Counted from the first letter of the stretch, positions 28,341 to 41,595 are shown. The stretch is DNA of 64,000 nt from Spirochaetota bacterium (GCA_965205605.1 CBDBHE010000007.1:320001-384000), one strand, 5' to 3'. The notes: generated from the letters alone by a model not told the origin. A program made the numbers and translations.

Positions 28341-29115
28341 ATGAAAAAAATTTTAATGTTCCTATGGTTTCATTTTTTATGTGTTAGTTTTATTTATAGC
28401 CAAGACTCTAGTGAGAAGAAACATCATTTACTGCTCAAAGCAGGTGGATCGTTTCCAACGGTAGGGACTTTTTCAGATGAAGAAGGGTTAGTAGACCCCT
28501 TAGATATCTTGACGGGATTTAATATTGGCATCCGGTATCAATATTTACTCACCCCAATGAAACCTGAAAAAGCTTATTTTTTGATTAATCTTGGAGCTGA
28601 CTATATCTTAAACCCCGAAGAAAATTCTGAAGATCGTCTTGCAGAAGGCCTTTCCAGCGAATTTTCGGTTGACGTTGACGTTGACCACAAGGGTGATTTT
28701 ACTTATCTCAACATTCCCGTTCTTTTTGGACTGACAGCAGGCTTTCAAATCGATGAATCGGTAGACGTTTTTGCCACCTTAGAAGGAGGACTTAGCTTTT
28801 TTAACTTGCTTTATCCAGAAGAGACTGTTGTCAAAGTTAATCAAGAAAGGTCTTTTATCATTACCCCTAATGAAGTAGAGGGTCTTATAAAGCCGTGTTT
28901 ATCCATCCATAGGGGGAGGCATTAAAATTGCCAAGCGATTTATTGTGTATGGGGAATATTTTACGCTTATCAATTCTGAAGATACGATTGAAAGTGAGGT
29001 TGGGTTTCAATTCTTAGGGGAGATTAGAGAGATTGTTTCAGATCAAGAAGTTGCATTGCAACATAACCTAGGACAGGTTGCTCTTTTAAAATTTGGAGTG
29101 GGGTTTCTTTTTTAG
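28341..29115 (+). pseudogene. Outer-membrane beta-barrel protein, frameshifted by a 4-bp duplication
   Basis: Signal peptide MKKILMF... Removing one ATCC at 28901-28908 joins the 200-aa ORF to IGGGIKIAKRF...LLKFGVGFLF* (stop at 29115; terminal-Phe beta signal). Confidence 0.85.
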
Positions 29116-29133
29116 TTTTTTTTTTTAAAAGAA

Positions 29134-30015
29134 TTATTTTAAACAAGAGAGAAACTCGATAAGTTTATCGATGCGTTTTAAGGCTGGTGTTTTAGTGTGA
29201 GCTAAATAATCAGCTGCTTGCTCAAATGTTTGGATAAACTGTTTTTCATTTTTTTGATGAATGGAGCGAAAGAGTTTTTTTTGGACTCTTAGATACTCTT
29301 TTAAAACTGGGCCAACAAACTTGTTTTTCATTGAGATACTGGCGTAAAGAGAAGGGTCTTGAGCTAAGATACGAGTGGCCAGATCGATTTGGATTTTATA
29401 AAGAGGCGAAGAGAATGTTTTGATTTGGTTTTGGTCGATACCAAGAGAGGCTAAAGTCCCAATCAAATTGATCGCTGTAAAATGAATCAAACCCTGCACC
29501 ACACTCATCATTTGATCATGAAATAAAGGCGTACTAAGGGTGACTAAAGCGCCTTCTTTTTTTAAAAAAGTGGTTATAAACGAAAGCCAAGGACTATTTT
29601 TTTCACTAGGGCAAAGGACCACGACTTGGTTTTTAAGAGTTTTAAGATGAGGGCCAAAAACAGGGTGGGCACCAATGACTTGGCAGTGAGCATGCTGCTT
29701 CATCAGCTCAAAAGGTTTTTGTTTGATGGAAATAAGGTCCATGAGCAGGCCATGTTTTCCGACAAGAGGAGCGAGGTCTTTAATGACCCGCTCACACCCA
29801 CTGATAGGCACAGAAAGGATGAGAATATCACTTTTTTTAGCACACTCTTTCATTGAAAGTGACGTCGAACGAGAAGCAATGAGGGTTTTATGGCCTTTTT
29901 TTTCAAACAGCTTCTTAAACAACTGTCCCATGTTACCCTTGCCTCCAATGATGCCAATGACATACGGAGGCTTGGGAAGCTTTGGAAGCTTTTTTTTAAT
30001 CGATTTTATGATCAC
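29134..30015 (-). CDS. tyrA: Prephenate dehydrogenase
   Basis: IIGGKGNMG, DLISIK, HPVFGP and HDQMMSVVQGLIH motifs. Confidence 0.9.
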   Translation of the reverse strand: MIIKSIKKKLPKLPKPPYVIGIIGGKGNMGQLFKKLFEKKGHKTLIASRSTSLSMKECAKKSDILILSVPISGCERVIKDLAPLVGKHGLLMDLISIKQKPFELMKQHAHCQVIGAHPVFGPHLKTLKNQVVVLCPSEKNSPWLSFITTFLKKEGALVTLSTPLFHDQMMSVVQGLIHFTAINLIGTLASLGIDQNQIKTFSSPLYKIQIDLATRILAQDPSLYASISMKNKFVGPVLKEYLRVQKKLFRSIHQKNEKQFIQTFEQAADYLAHTKTPALKRIDKLIEFLSCLK

Positions 30016-30145
30016 AAAAAGGCTCTTAAACTCTTTCTTAGACTCTTAAAAGTCGATTTTATTTCATCGTTTTTTTTTGCCCTTGCCTGCTCTAAAAAAG
30101 AAATTTTCTCAAAATATAAACTCAAGTACTCACTCATTAAATGAC

Positions 30146-31948
<1,803 letters not shown>

Positions 31949-31989
31949 TTAAAGAGAGATTTTTTAATTTTATTATAAAATATCCTTTC

Positions 31990-33588
31990 ATGATATTCTT
32001 TTTAAGAGTAAAAAAAATCTTGAAGCATCAAGTCCTTTCTTTTTTTAAAAAACCACTTTTCTTTGATTTAATCGTTTTAAATGCTTTGGTGGGTTTATCG
32101 ATCCTCTTTCGGTTTTACACCTTTGAGAAAAGCGTCATCGATTGGGATGAATCAACCTATATTCTCATAGGCAAAGCTCTGCTAGAAGGAAAACAACTCT
32201 ATCTAGATGTCTGGGATATTAAAACACCGGGGATTTTTTGGATCTATGCCTTGATTGGAGGAGCCTTTAAAAATATGATTTATGGCTCTAGGCTCATCAC
32301 AAGTATCACCCTTGGTTTTTCTAGCTTTATGATTTATCAAATCATCAAACTCTTTTATAAAAAAGAATCTTTTCCAGCCCTCTTGGCTCTTTTAGGAGCT
32401 GTTTTTTATCTAAGCATCCTCAGTGCTCAAAACCCCCTTATCCTCATAAAACAGTTTCCCGAGCGAAAACTTTTATTTCATTTGTTTGGTCCTAACACAG
32501 AAATTTTTTTTAATTTTTTTACTTTAATGGGGTTTTGGGTTTTTTTTCGTTTTTTTTCCAAAAAGCGATTCCTTTTTCTTTCGGGATGTTTGCTGAGCAT
32601 TGGGTTTTTCATTAAATACATTATTATTTTAGAAATGGGATTTTTGTTAGTCGCTTTAGGCCTCCTCTTAAAACAACAAACCAATCAAACTCTTTTTAGT
32701 AAAAAATTTGTCATGTTATTTTCGAAAAAAAGTGCTTATCTCATTTTAGGCTATGCTTTACCTACCTTTATTTGGGTAGGTCTCTTTTGGTATCAAAATA
32801 ATGGTGACCTGTTTTTAAACCATTTAGTTGACCTAAAAACTTACTTGCTAAAAAATGAAAGCTCTTCCCTAGCTTCAAAGGCATCCTTACATTTCAAAAC
32901 CTATTTGATCTACACCCCTATTTTGATATTTCCTATTTCATTTTTTTGTCTAACAAGCCTTTTAATGATTGCTAAAAAGATTTTCTTGGATCGAAAACCT
33001 CCCTTGATTTTTGAACAAATCACCCTTTTATGGTGTGGGCTTTATCCAATCGTAATGATCATTGGAAAGCAATATATTCATTATACTTATCAACTTTTTC
33101 CTGCATTTTCATGTTTAGCTGTACTAACATTTTCAAAATCCAATTTTAAAAAAAAATCCTTTCGACTCACCGCTATCAGCGTTTACTTGATTTTGACCTG
33201 CTTAGTGATGCTCCTTCCCATTCAAAAACAACACCAAAAAAAATATCCCTATCAAAGCGACTTTCCAAGACAAATCGCCGATTTTATCTCAAAAGATGCT
33301 CCCACAAAAGATTTCACTCTTTTTTGCGAAAACTCTTCCCACATTATTTATTATCTTCTAGACAAAACCCCCCTCACAAAATACATTCATCCTTCTCTCC
33401 TTTATAATTCAAAACGATTTGCCTTCGATGCAAAAAAAGAATACAATCACATCTATGCTCAAAAGCCAACTTACGTCATCTTTAATCCTAAAAAACCAAG
33501 CTCAAAAAAAATTACCGGAAGAAATTACTTAAAAGAATATCAAACCATCCGTTCTTTTGGAAGTATCCAAGTCTTAAAAAGAAAGTAA
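31990..33588 (+). CDS. ArnT/PMT-like (GT-C fold) membrane glycosyltransferase
   Basis: DWDESTY and WDIKTPG loops; many TM segments; ATG 31990 avoids overlap with thiC. Confidence 0.8.
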   Translation: MIFFLRVKKILKHQVLSFFKKPLFFDLIVLNALVGLSILFRFYTFEKSVIDWDESTYILIGKALLEGKQLYLDVWDIKTPGIFWIYALIGGAFKNMIYGSRLITSITLGFSSFMIYQIIKLFYKKESFPALLALLGAVFYLSILSAQNPLILIKQFPERKLLFHLFGPNTEIFFNFFTLMGFWVFFRFFSKKRFLFLSGCLLSIGFFIKYIIILEMGFLLVALGLLLKQQTNQTLFSKKFVMLFSKKSAYLILGYALPTFIWVGLFWYQNNGDLFLNHLVDLKTYLLKNESSSLASKASLHFKTYLIYTPILIFPISFFCLTSLLMIAKKIFLDRKPPLIFEQITLLWCGLYPIVMIIGKQYIHYTYQLFPAFSCLAVLTFSKSNFKKKSFRLTAISVYLILTCLVMLLPIQKQHQKKYPYQSDFPRQIADFISKDAPTKDFTLFCENSSHIIYYLLDKTPLTKYIHPSLLYNSKRFAFDAKKEYNHIYAQKPTYVIFNPKKPSSKKITGRNYLKEYQTIRSFGSIQVLKRK

Positions 33589-33675
33589 GTTTTTTTCTTG
33601 AGTTTTATTTTGCTTTTTTTAAATCAAATTTTACATCAAACTTACGCTCAAACTAGCCAAAAGCGAATACATTTT

Positions 33676-34188
33676 TTACCAAAATCCATAAAAATGAAAA
33701 TCTCCATGGGTTTGATTGGAAGAATTATACCAATGTTGAAAGGATTTTTTCTTCCCCTTTGGCATGACGGGAATGAGTTTCCAATCATAATCATCGGATC
33801 CAATGCTAGGATCATAAAAATAATTACATAAAATCATTTTTTGACTTCCTTTCATCAGTCCCACATACTGCACTCTTAAATAAGGAAAGTACTTTAACAC
33901 TTGCTTGAGTTTCTTTTGCTGCTCTTTTGAAAAGCTTTTTGAAGAAGTCATTAATTGATGAAGATGGGCTTGAGTTTTTTTACTAAGATTTTTTGTGTCT
34001 TCTTTTTTAAGATTCCAAAAATGAACATTTGATTGCCTTAAAAAAAATTCGAATCCACTTTGATCTTTTAAAATCACTTCTCGATCTTTCGAAAGCCCTT
34101 TTGAAAAGTTTCTTGTAGTGCTGACACAAGTCACTAAAAAAAATGCCATTACAAATAGATTGAAAAACTTTAAAGCCTCTTTTTTCAT
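33676..34188 (-). CDS. Hypothetical protein, probable lipoprotein
   Basis: MKK, hydrophobic segment, LVTC; 170 aa. Confidence 0.6.
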   Translation of the reverse strand: MKKEALKFFNLFVMAFFLVTCVSTTRNFSKGLSKDREVILKDQSGFEFFLRQSNVHFWNLKKEDTKNLSKKTQAHLHQLMTSSKSFSKEQQKKLKQVLKYFPYLRVQYVGLMKGSQKMILCNYFYDPSIGSDDYDWKLIPVMPKGKKKSFQHWYNSSNQTHGDFHFYGFW

Positions 34189-34260
34189 AATACTAATTTC
34201 GACAACAAAGTGCCAATAAATTAAAAAGTAAACTATTTTTTTAAAAAAGAAAGAAAAAAT

Positions 34261-34440
34261 TTATTTTTTACAGTTAGCTTCTTTTTTAATTGGACAAAAA
34301 AAACATTTAATTTTCTCACCCTTATTTCCAAGCAAAACTTGGTTGCCACAACTTGAAAATGCTTTACCTGCAACCAAAAAGCCTATCATCATTAAAAAAA
34401 GTGAAAGCACCATCACTAAAAAAGTTAAAATAAAAACCAT
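34261..34440 (-). CDS. nqrM: Na+-NQR maturation protein NqrM (DUF539)
   Basis: Manual translation MVFILTFLVMVLSLFLMMIGFLVAGKAFSSCGNQVLLGNKGEKIKCFFCPIKKEANCKK (59 aa): TM helix, SCG, CxxC and a fourth Cys. SD TAAGGAG; directly after apbE. Confidence 0.8.
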   Translation of the reverse strand: MVFILTFLVMVLSLFLMMIGFLVAGKAFSSCGNQVLLGNKGEKIKCFFCPIKKEANCKK

Positions 34441-34454
34441 CTTAATAACACTCC

Positions 34455-35579
34455 TTATTTAGTTTTTTTAGGCTCCATCGCCTTTGGGTTTCTTTGTAAA
34501 ACTTGTTTCATTAAAGGGGTTACTTGATAAACAAACGATTTTTTATTATTTCTATAAACAAAAAAAGCTTTGATATGATGCCGAACGGCCCAGCGATAAG
34601 CTTGTTTTTCTCCCATCACAAAAAAAGCAGTCGCCAAACCATCCGCTAAAGCACACGTTTGGGCGATGACGCTCACCGAGCTTAATAAGCTTTCTACCGG
34701 TTTTTTTGTCTTGGGATCAATCAAATGCGAGTACTTTTTATCATCAAGTATAAAGTAATTTTGATAATCTCCAGAAGTAGCAATCGCTTCATCTTTTAAA
34801 AAAACAACTTGTAAAGGACGCTTGTCTTCTTTTTTAGGCGACTGGATCCCAACAGACCACAAGTGATCTTTTTTTTTTCCTCTGACCTTAATCTCTCCTC
34901 CAATTTCAACAAAGTAATTATTAATTCCCATCAAAGTAAGCTCCTTACAAACTTGATCAACCCCATATCCTTTGGCAATGGCAGAAAGATTGATAGAAAG
35001 ATTTTTAATTTTTTTAATGAACATTCGATTTTTTTTTTGCAAAATCAAATTAGTATAACCCAAAGGGTCAACCAAAGAAGAAGCTATTTTAAAATCATTT
35101 TGAGACAATTTTTTTTTCTTATGTCCAAAACCAAAATGGTCGATTAAAGGGGCAAGAGTGATATCAAAAGCACCTCTGGTTTGCTTACTTAGGTCAAGAG
35201 ACATTTGGACAAGATCAAATAAAGCAGGGCTGACATGAAAAGGTTTTGTAGAAAGATGAGCGTTAAATAAAGACACTTCCGAATTTTTTTTATAAGTCGA
35301 AAAAACATGATTTAATTCATCGAGTTTGTTTTTGATGCGATGGGTAAGCTTTTGTTTTGAGAAAGAAGAAAAACATAAAACCGTATAAGTCGTGCCCATT
35401 GTTTTCCCTTTAATAGAAAGCAAAGACGAAGCTTCAGTTTTAACAGAAGAGGGAAAAAAGCAACCTTTTTGAAAGTAAAGAAAGCAAAGAAAAAAAACAA
35501 AAGCCCCCAAAAAAAATTTAGAGGAAAAAGTTAAGTTTTTAAATCCCAAAGTCATCGAGGAGAATATTTTCTTCTTCAA
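34455..35579 (-). CDS. apbE: FAD:protein FMN transferase
   Basis: [30 protein letters not shown] and ADGLATA motifs. Confidence 0.95.
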   Translation of the reverse strand: MKKKIFSSMTLGFKNLTFSSKFFLGAFVFFLCFLYFQKGCFFPSSVKTEASSLLSIKGKTMGTTYTVLCFSSFSKQKLTHRIKNKLDELNHVFSTYKKNSEVSLFNAHLSTKPFHVSPALFDLVQMSLDLSKQTRGAFDITLAPLIDHFGFGHKKKKLSQNDFKIASSLVDPLGYTNLILQKKNRMFIKKIKNLSINLSAIAKGYGVDQVCKELTLMGINNYFVEIGGEIKVRGKKKDHLWSVGIQSPKKEDKRPLQVVFLKDEAIATSGDYQNYFILDDKKYSHLIDPKTKKPVESLLSSVSVIAQTCALADGLATAFFVMGEKQAYRWAVRHHIKAFFVYRNNKKSFVYQVTPLMKQVLQRNPKAMEPKKTK

Positions 35580-36774
35580 CCCCTAAAACATTGCGCAACA
35601 AATTAAGGACGGCTTCATTCATCACCGGAGGCCCACAAATATAATATTCACAATCTTCTGGAGCAGGGTGATTTTTTAAATAATGCTCATACAACACTTG
35701 GTGAATAAACCCAACATACCCCCTCCATTTATCTTTTTTAAAAGGTTCTGAAAGAGCGATATTCCAAGTAAAATTAGAATGTTTTTTAGCGAGCTCATCA
35801 AAATCTCGTTGATAAAAAACTTCTCGACTGCTTCTAGCCCCATACCAAAAACTTATTTTTCGCTTTGAATTTATTCGCTTTAATTGATCAAAAATATGCG
35901 ATCTCATTGGAGCCATTCCAGCCCCTCCTCCAATAAAAACCATTTCTGCCTTTGTTTTTTTGGCAAAAAATTCTCCATAAGGGCCTGAAATAGTCACTTT
36001 GTCTCCTTTTTTAAGGTTAAAAATATACGAAGACATTTTTCCAGGAGGAGCCGATGGTTTATTATAAGGAGCAACCGCAATACGCACATTTAACATAATC
36101 ATTCCTTTTTCTTCGGGATAGCTTGCCATCGAATACGCTCTTTCTACTGGTTCATCGACATTAGAAACATAGTTCCAAAAATGATATTTATCCCATTCAT
36201 CTCGATATTGTTTTTCGACTTCAAAATTTTTAAAAGAGGCTTTGTAAGGAGGCGATTCGATTTGAATATACCCCCCTGCTTTAAAATCAACATCTTCTCC
36301 TTTAGGGAGAGTTAAGACGAGTTCTTTAATAAAAGTAGCCACATTACGGTTAGACTTAACGGTACATTCCCATTTTTTAACTGAAAAAACCGTTGGGTCA
36401 AGTTCGATTTTCATATCATTTTTTACTTTAAGCTGGCAAGATAAACGCACTTTTTCTTGTTGTTCTCTTTTATTAAGATGCCCCACTTCTGTTTGGAGTA
36501 AGTCTCCACCTCCTTCTACGACTTTAACCTTACACTGAGCACAAGTGCCCCCGCCTCCGCAAGCAGATGAAATAAAAATCTTACTATTTGCCAGTGTCGT
36601 CAAAAGAGACGACCCAACTGAGGTTTTAATGGGTTTATCCCCCTCATCATTAATAATAATATTGACATCCCCACTGGCAACGAGCTTTGATTTAGCCAAT
36701 AAAATCAAACTGACTAACACTAAAACAACTCCCGTAAAAGCACTAATGCCGATGCTAATAATCATGATTTCCAT
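35539..36774 (-). CDS. nqrF: Na+-translocating NADH:quinone reductase subunit F
   Basis: [30 protein letters not shown] and CGPP motifs. Confidence 0.97.
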   Translation of the reverse strand: MEIMIISIGISAFTGVVLVLVSLILLAKSKLVASGDVNIIINDEGDKPIKTSVGSSLLTTLANSKIFISSACGGGGTCAQCKVKVVEGGGDLLQTEVGHLNKREQQEKVRLSCQLKVKNDMKIELDPTVFSVKKWECTVKSNRNVATFIKELVLTLPKGEDVDFKAGGYIQIESPPYKASFKNFEVEKQYRDEWDKYHFWNYVSNVDEPVERAYSMASYPEEKGMIMLNVRIAVAPYNKPSAPPGKMSSYIFNLKKGDKVTISGPYGEFFAKKTKAEMVFIGGGAGMAPMRSHIFDQLKRINSKRKISFWYGARSSREVFYQRDFDELAKKHSNFTWNIALSEPFKKDKWRGYVGFIHQVLYEHYLKNHPAPEDCEYYICGPPVMNEAVLNLLRNVLGVEEENILLDDFGI

Positions 36775-36793
36775 CGTGTTATTTCCTTTTTTT

Positions 36794-37411
36794 TTAAAAC
36801 TGTATCCCAGCAAAAGCCATAAAAGCAATCGCCATTAACCCTGTAATAATAAAGGTAATCCCCAGTCCTCTTAAAGCAGGAGGGATCTTATGATACGACA
36901 GTTTTTCTCGTATCCCCGCAAGCGCCACTAGTGCAAGTGCCCAACCAGTCCCCGAACCAAAGCCATAAACAAGACTTTCATTTAAATTATAATCCCTTTC
37001 AACCATAAAAAGAGTGCCCCCTAAAATCGCACAATTGACTGTAATGAGAGGAAGAAAAATCCCCAACATATTATAAAGAGCTGGAAAAAATTTTTCTAAA
37101 AACATTTCTAAGATTTGCACCATCGCTGCAATCACCCCAATATAGCAAATGAGGCCTATAAAAGTCAAATTAATTTCTGAAAACCCAACCCCTAAAAAAG
37201 ATAAGGCTCCCTCTTTTAAAATAAGATTAAAAATCAAATTATTCACCGGTACCGTAATCACTTGCACAACAATCACGGCGATTCCAAGTCCTATCGCCGC
37301 ACTTATTTTCTTTGAACACGCCAAAAATGTACACATTCCAAGAAAAAAAGCCAGTGCCATATTTTCAATAAAGGCTGATTTAATAAAAATACTTAAATAA
37401 TGTTCTATCAT
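36794..37411 (-). CDS. nqrE: Na+-NQR subunit E
   Basis: [16 protein letters not shown] and [11 protein letters not shown] motifs. Confidence 0.97.
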   Translation of the reverse strand: MIEHYLSIFIKSAFIENMALAFFLGMCTFLACSKKISAAIGLGIAVIVVQVITVPVNNLIFNLILKEGALSFLGVGFSEINLTFIGLICYIGVIAAMVQILEMFLEKFFPALYNMLGIFLPLITVNCAILGGTLFMVERDYNLNESLVYGFGSGTGWALALVALAGIREKLSYHKIPPALRGLGITFIITGLMAIAFMAFAGIQF

Positions 37412-37439
37412 TTTCCGTCATTCCTTTTTTTAATAAACA

Positions 37440-38153
37440 TTAATTTTCTTCCCTTTGATCTTTTTTAAAAGAACGTAAAATCCAAATGAAAATCCCAATG
37501 AGAAAAAAAGCACTCGGAGGCAATAAAAGCAGTCCATTAGGAACATACCATCCCCCGTCACTTGCTTTAGTTAGCAGTACTTTTCCAAAAAAAGTACCTG
37601 AACCAAATACTTCTCTTATCGCTCCCACCACCATCAAAATGAGAGCATACCCCAGTCCATTACCAAGCCCATCAAAAAAACTTTTAATCGGTTTATTTTT
37701 CATCGCGTACCCTTCGGCTCGCCCCATCACAATACAATTGGTGATGATGAGCCCCACAAACACTGAAAGTTGTTTGCTCACATCATAAACAAAAGCTTTT
37801 AAAATCTGATCCACAATAATCACAAGTGAGGCAATAATCGTCATCTGCACAATAATTCGAATGCTATTTGGAACCACATTTCGAATCAACGAAACAAAAA
37901 AACTAGAAAAACTAATCACCGCTACTAAAGCCATCGACATCACCATTGATGTTTCCATTTTTGTTGTCACTGCCAGTGCCGAACAAACCCCCAAAACTTG
38001 AAGTGCAATGGGATTATTATTAAAAAGAGGGTCTAAAACATTTTTTTTAATTTCTTTTAAATATTTTTTTCGATCTGCTTTGACTCTAGTGGCATCTTTT
38101 TTCATCTCCAAGGCAACATTCGCTTCACTTACAGTTAATGTTTTACTACTCAT
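37440..38153 (-). CDS. nqrD: Na+-NQR subunit D
   Basis: [18 protein letters not shown] and [15 protein letters not shown] motifs. Confidence 0.97.
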   Translation of the reverse strand: MSSKTLTVSEANVALEMKKDATRVKADRKKYLKEIKKNVLDPLFNNNPIALQVLGVCSALAVTTKMETSMVMSMALVAVISFSSFFVSLIRNVVPNSIRIIVQMTIIASLVIIVDQILKAFVYDVSKQLSVFVGLIITNCIVMGRAEGYAMKNKPIKSFFDGLGNGLGYALILMVVGAIREVFGSGTFFGKVLLTKASDGGWYVPNGLLLLPPSAFFLIGIFIWILRSFKKDQREEN

Positions 38154-38219
38154 TTTTACTTTTTTTTTAATTCTCCTTATTCTTCTCTTTTATAAAATTA
38201 CAAAAAAATCTTTTTGATG

Positions 38220-38984
38220 TTACAACTTTTTTTTTAAAAACTTCCCATACGCTTTATCAGAAAACCAAAAAGCAATCATATCACTGACCCCTTTACTGGT
38301 AATCGTTGCCCCTGAAAGACCATCGACTTGGTAAACATTATCCTTTGCTGCCGGTCCTTTAATGACTTTGAGTAAGACTTGTTTTTGATCGTCATAGACT
38401 CTTTTATCGACCCAAATCTTTTTCCATTTTGGGTTATCAACTTCACCCCCTAGTCCAGGAGTTTCGGCATGCTGGTAATAGGTAATGTTTTTAACAACAC
38501 TGGCATTTTTATCAACTGCCAAAAAACCATATAAAGTTGACCAAAGACCATACCCTCTGATGGGAATAATAAACGCTTGTAACTCATTGTTTTCATTCAC
38601 CACTTCATACAAAAGCCCATACCGAGCCCTACGCCTCACTTGAGCGAGATCTTCTTTTTGACTTAACGCAATACTATTTTTAGGATCTTTTGCCATTTGT
38701 AATTGATCATACGTAAAAGGATCAACAGCATCTGTTTTCACCCCCTCTTCAAAATCAATCACTTGGGGACGAATGAGTCGATAAAGTCGATCGATGTCTT
38801 CTTCACCAATCACTTGCCCACTTTCATACAAGCCTGCGGCTAGAAGAATATTTTTCTTTTTATCAAGGGCTTGATTTTTTTCTTGCCTCTCTTTTAAGAG
38901 CACCGCTGCTACAGAAACAAACGTCGAGCAAATCACACATAAAAGAAAGGCAACCAATAAAGTTTTAAAATTACTATCTTTCAA
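38220..38984 (-). CDS. nqrC: Na+-NQR subunit C
   Basis: GYGLWST, ETPGLGGE and FMN-attachment site SGATITS. Confidence 0.96.
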   Translation of the reverse strand: MKDSNFKTLLVAFLLCVICSTFVSVAAVLLKERQEKNQALDKKKNILLAAGLYESGQVIGEEDIDRLYRLIRPQVIDFEEGVKTDAVDPFTYDQLQMAKDPKNSIALSQKEDLAQVRRRARYGLLYEVVNENNELQAFIIPIRGYGLWSTLYGFLAVDKNASVVKNITYYQHAETPGLGGEVDNPKWKKIWVDKRVYDDQKQVLLKVIKGPAAKDNVYQVDGLSGATITSKGVSDMIAFWFSDKAYGKFLKKKL

Positions 38985-40222
38985 TTTAAGTCTCCCTTAC
39001 CATAACGATTCATTCGTTTTTTAATATTACTCTCTATAAAAAAATGATCAATAACAGGTGCAAAGACATTCACCAATAAAATCGCAAGCATAATCCCTTC
39101 TGGAAAAGCTGGATTAATCACTCGAATCACCATCGCCAAGATCCCAATGAGAAACCCATAAATATTTTTTCCTTTTTCTGTCATCGAAGCGGAAACAGGA
39201 TCGGTTGCCATAAATACCATCCCAAAACCAAATCCCCCCAAAACAAAATGCCACCAAGGCGGAAGGGTAAACATTGGATTTTCAATCAAGCCTGTCTCAT
39301 TTAAAACATTAAAAAGATAACTCGAAAATACCATCCCTAAAAAAACAAACAACATAATCCTCCATGACCCAATGCCCGTCATGATTAAATAACACGCCCC
39401 TAGCAAACATAGTAAAGTCGACGTTTCTCCCATTGACCCTGGTATCAAACCTAAAAAAGCTTGCTGCCAAGTAAACCCTGCAGCTAAAATTTTCTCAATG
39501 CCTCCTTCTGCCCCTAGTGCCAAAGGAGTCGCTTTTGTGTATCCATCGATTGCAACCCAAACTTGATCACCACTAATATCAGCTGGATAAGCAAAAAATA
39601 AAAAAACTCTTGCTGTTAAAGCTGGATTTAAAAAATTAAACCCAACCCCTCCAAAAATCTCTTTTCCAATCACGACCCCAAAGCTTGTTCCTAAACAAAC
39701 TTGCCATAGAGGAATGTTTGGCGGTAAAATAAGTGCAATTAATGTCCCTGTTACTAAAAAGGCTTCCGTTACTTCGTGTTTTCTAACTACAGCAAACAGT
39801 ACTTCCCAAAAACCACCCGTTAACATGACCACTAAATAAACCGGTAAAAAATATAAAAGCCCATGCACAAAACAGTCTAACACTTCATTCGCTGATGTCC
39901 CAAACCCTAAAAACTTGATCAACCCTATTTGCCACCCCTTTTCTGAAAAAGTCCCCATTTCTTCAAGCGCTAAGTTTGCTTGATAACCCACATTGTAAAT
40001 CGCCATTAAAATACAAGGGGTTAAAGCAAAAACAACCGTAATCATCACTCGCTTTAAATCAAGCCCATCTCTGACATGAGGAGCTCGTTTGGTCACCGTC
40101 CCTGGAGTAAATAAAATCGTGTCAAACATTTCATACACCGGAAATAAAACTTTTAATTTCCCCTTTTTTGAATCAAATAAAGGCTCTACATAACGATCAA
40201 TAAAAACTCTAAAAAACTTCAT
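38981..40222 (-). CDS. nqrB: Na+-NQR subunit B
   Basis: HVRDGLDLKRVM, FAYPADISGD, ATPL and FMATDPVS motifs. Confidence 0.97.
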   Translation of the reverse strand: MKFFRVFIDRYVEPLFDSKKGKLKVLFPVYEMFDTILFTPGTVTKRAPHVRDGLDLKRVMITVVFALTPCILMAIYNVGYQANLALEEMGTFSEKGWQIGLIKFLGFGTSANEVLDCFVHGLLYFLPVYLVVMLTGGFWEVLFAVVRKHEVTEAFLVTGTLIALILPPNIPLWQVCLGTSFGVVIGKEIFGGVGFNFLNPALTARVFLFFAYPADISGDQVWVAIDGYTKATPLALGAEGGIEKILAAGFTWQQAFLGLIPGSMGETSTLLCLLGACYLIMTGIGSWRIMLFVFLGMVFSSYLFNVLNETGLIENPMFTLPPWWHFVLGGFGFGMVFMATDPVSASMTEKGKNIYGFLIGILAMVIRVINPAFPEGIMLAILLVNVFAPVIDHFFIESNIKKRMNRYGKGDLN

Positions 40223-41595
40223 TCTAATTCTTTTAAAACCCGCTCATGCATTTTCTTAAGCTGACCCCCATAATCTTGTTTACTCTGACACACAAAACTA
40301 CAAAGACTGAGATCTTCAGCGTCTAGCTCTAAAGCTCCTAATTTCTCAGATTTTTCATCATCTTTAGCTAAAAGTGCCCGTAAAAGAAACGTCGGTAAAA
40401 CTCGAAGTGGCATCACTTTTTCATACGAACCAATTGGGACCATATCTCTTTTTGAGCCTTCGTTTGAAGACGTAAAATTAAACTTTTTAAAAGGCTTTAA
40501 AAAAGCAGCCACAAAAACTCGTTTAAGTGAAAACGCGTTTAAACCTGGTTTTAAAAACCCTTGAAAAATACGATCTCGATTTTCTTCAATCGCTGAAATA
40601 ATTTGATGATACCTACCTAAATAATTAAAAGCTCCCTTCGCTTCTCGTCCACAAAGCACCGAGCCAGAAATCAATCGATAATCTCCTGATTTCACATTGC
40701 CCCTTGTCAAGTCTTCAATACACGCTCCTTGCCTCGTTTCAATAAGCCCTACTTCTTTAAACCCAACCCCCCCTAAGGCAACTACTCTATCTAAAAATAG
40801 TTTGCCAGTTACAAAAAGTTTGCCAGTGGCAATCACGTCTTGATAGTCCACATGCCACACCTTATGCCCCAAATTGACCGGGTCAATAAAATGAATATGT
40901 GTGCCAACTAATCCCGCAGGATGGGGTCCTTTAAAAAAATGTTTTTCCACTTGCTTGTTAAGTAAAAGCGATACATCTTCTTCTAAACAAAGATGCACCT
41001 TTGATCGAGTGAGTTTTGAAAGCACTTCAATCCCATCTTCAAATGCTTTTTTATGTTTTTCAATAATAAGACTGGGCTTTGGAGCAAAGGGTCGCGAATC
41101 ACTGGCTGTAATAAACAAAGACTCTCCTATCTCTTTGGGACTAGCAACTTTCCCAAAAGGCCTTACTCGAACCGATGTCCAAAGTCCCGAAGTTAATAAT
41201 AACGACTTAACTTCTTCTGTTTTAATTTTTTTAAGCTCACTTGATGTGTGTTTTTTAAAAACTCTTTCTTGTTCTTGTCTATCTAATTTAATCACCACCG
41301 ATTGTAACACTCGCTTGTCGCCTCGATTGACCTCGATGACTCTTCCACCTCCACTGGCAGTATAACAAACCTCTTCTTGCTTCTTATCGGTAAAAAGAAG
41401 ATCTCCTATTTTAACCTCATCTCCTTCTTTAACCTTCATCGTTGGCTTCATTGCAAAATAGTCATCGCCAACAATAGCAACGGTTTTTACTTTTTGGCCT
41501 TTTCTAATCACTTGACTAGGTTTCCCTAAAATAGGTAAATCAAGTCCTCGTTTAATCCTATATTGATTCATTTTCATTGAGTCGCCATTATACAA
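40219..41595 (-). CDS. nqrA: Na+-NQR subunit A
   Basis: IKRGLDLP, GPHPAGLVGTHIH and EDLSLCSFVC motifs. Confidence 0.96.
   Translation of the reverse strand: MYNGDSMKMNQYRIKRGLDLPILGKPSQVIRKGQKVKTVAIVGDDYFAMKPTMKVKEGDEVKIGDLLFTDKKQEEVCYTASGGGRVIEVNRGDKRVLQSVVIKLDRQEQERVFKKHTSSELKKIKTEEVKSLLLTSGLWTSVRVRPFGKVASPKEIGESLFITASDSRPFAPKPSLIIEKHKKAFEDGIEVLSKLTRSKVHLCLEEDVSLLLNKQVEKHFFKGPHPAGLVGTHIHFIDPVNLGHKVWHVDYQDVIATGKLFVTGKLFLDRVVALGGVGFKEVGLIETRQGACIEDLTRGNVKSGDYRLISGSVLCGREAKGAFNYLGRYHQIISAIEENRDRIFQGFLKPGLNAFSLKRVFVAAFLKPFKKFNFTSSNEGSKRDMVPIGSYEKVMPLRVLPTFLLRALLAKDDEKSEKLGALELDAEDLSLCSFVCQSKQDYGGQLKKMHERVLKELE

Noticed and set aside
23175-29115. Diversity-generating retroelement TR/VR pair
   Set aside because: Mismatches are not adenine-restricted (G/C and T/C changes occur), indels are present, and there is no reverse transcriptase in the window.
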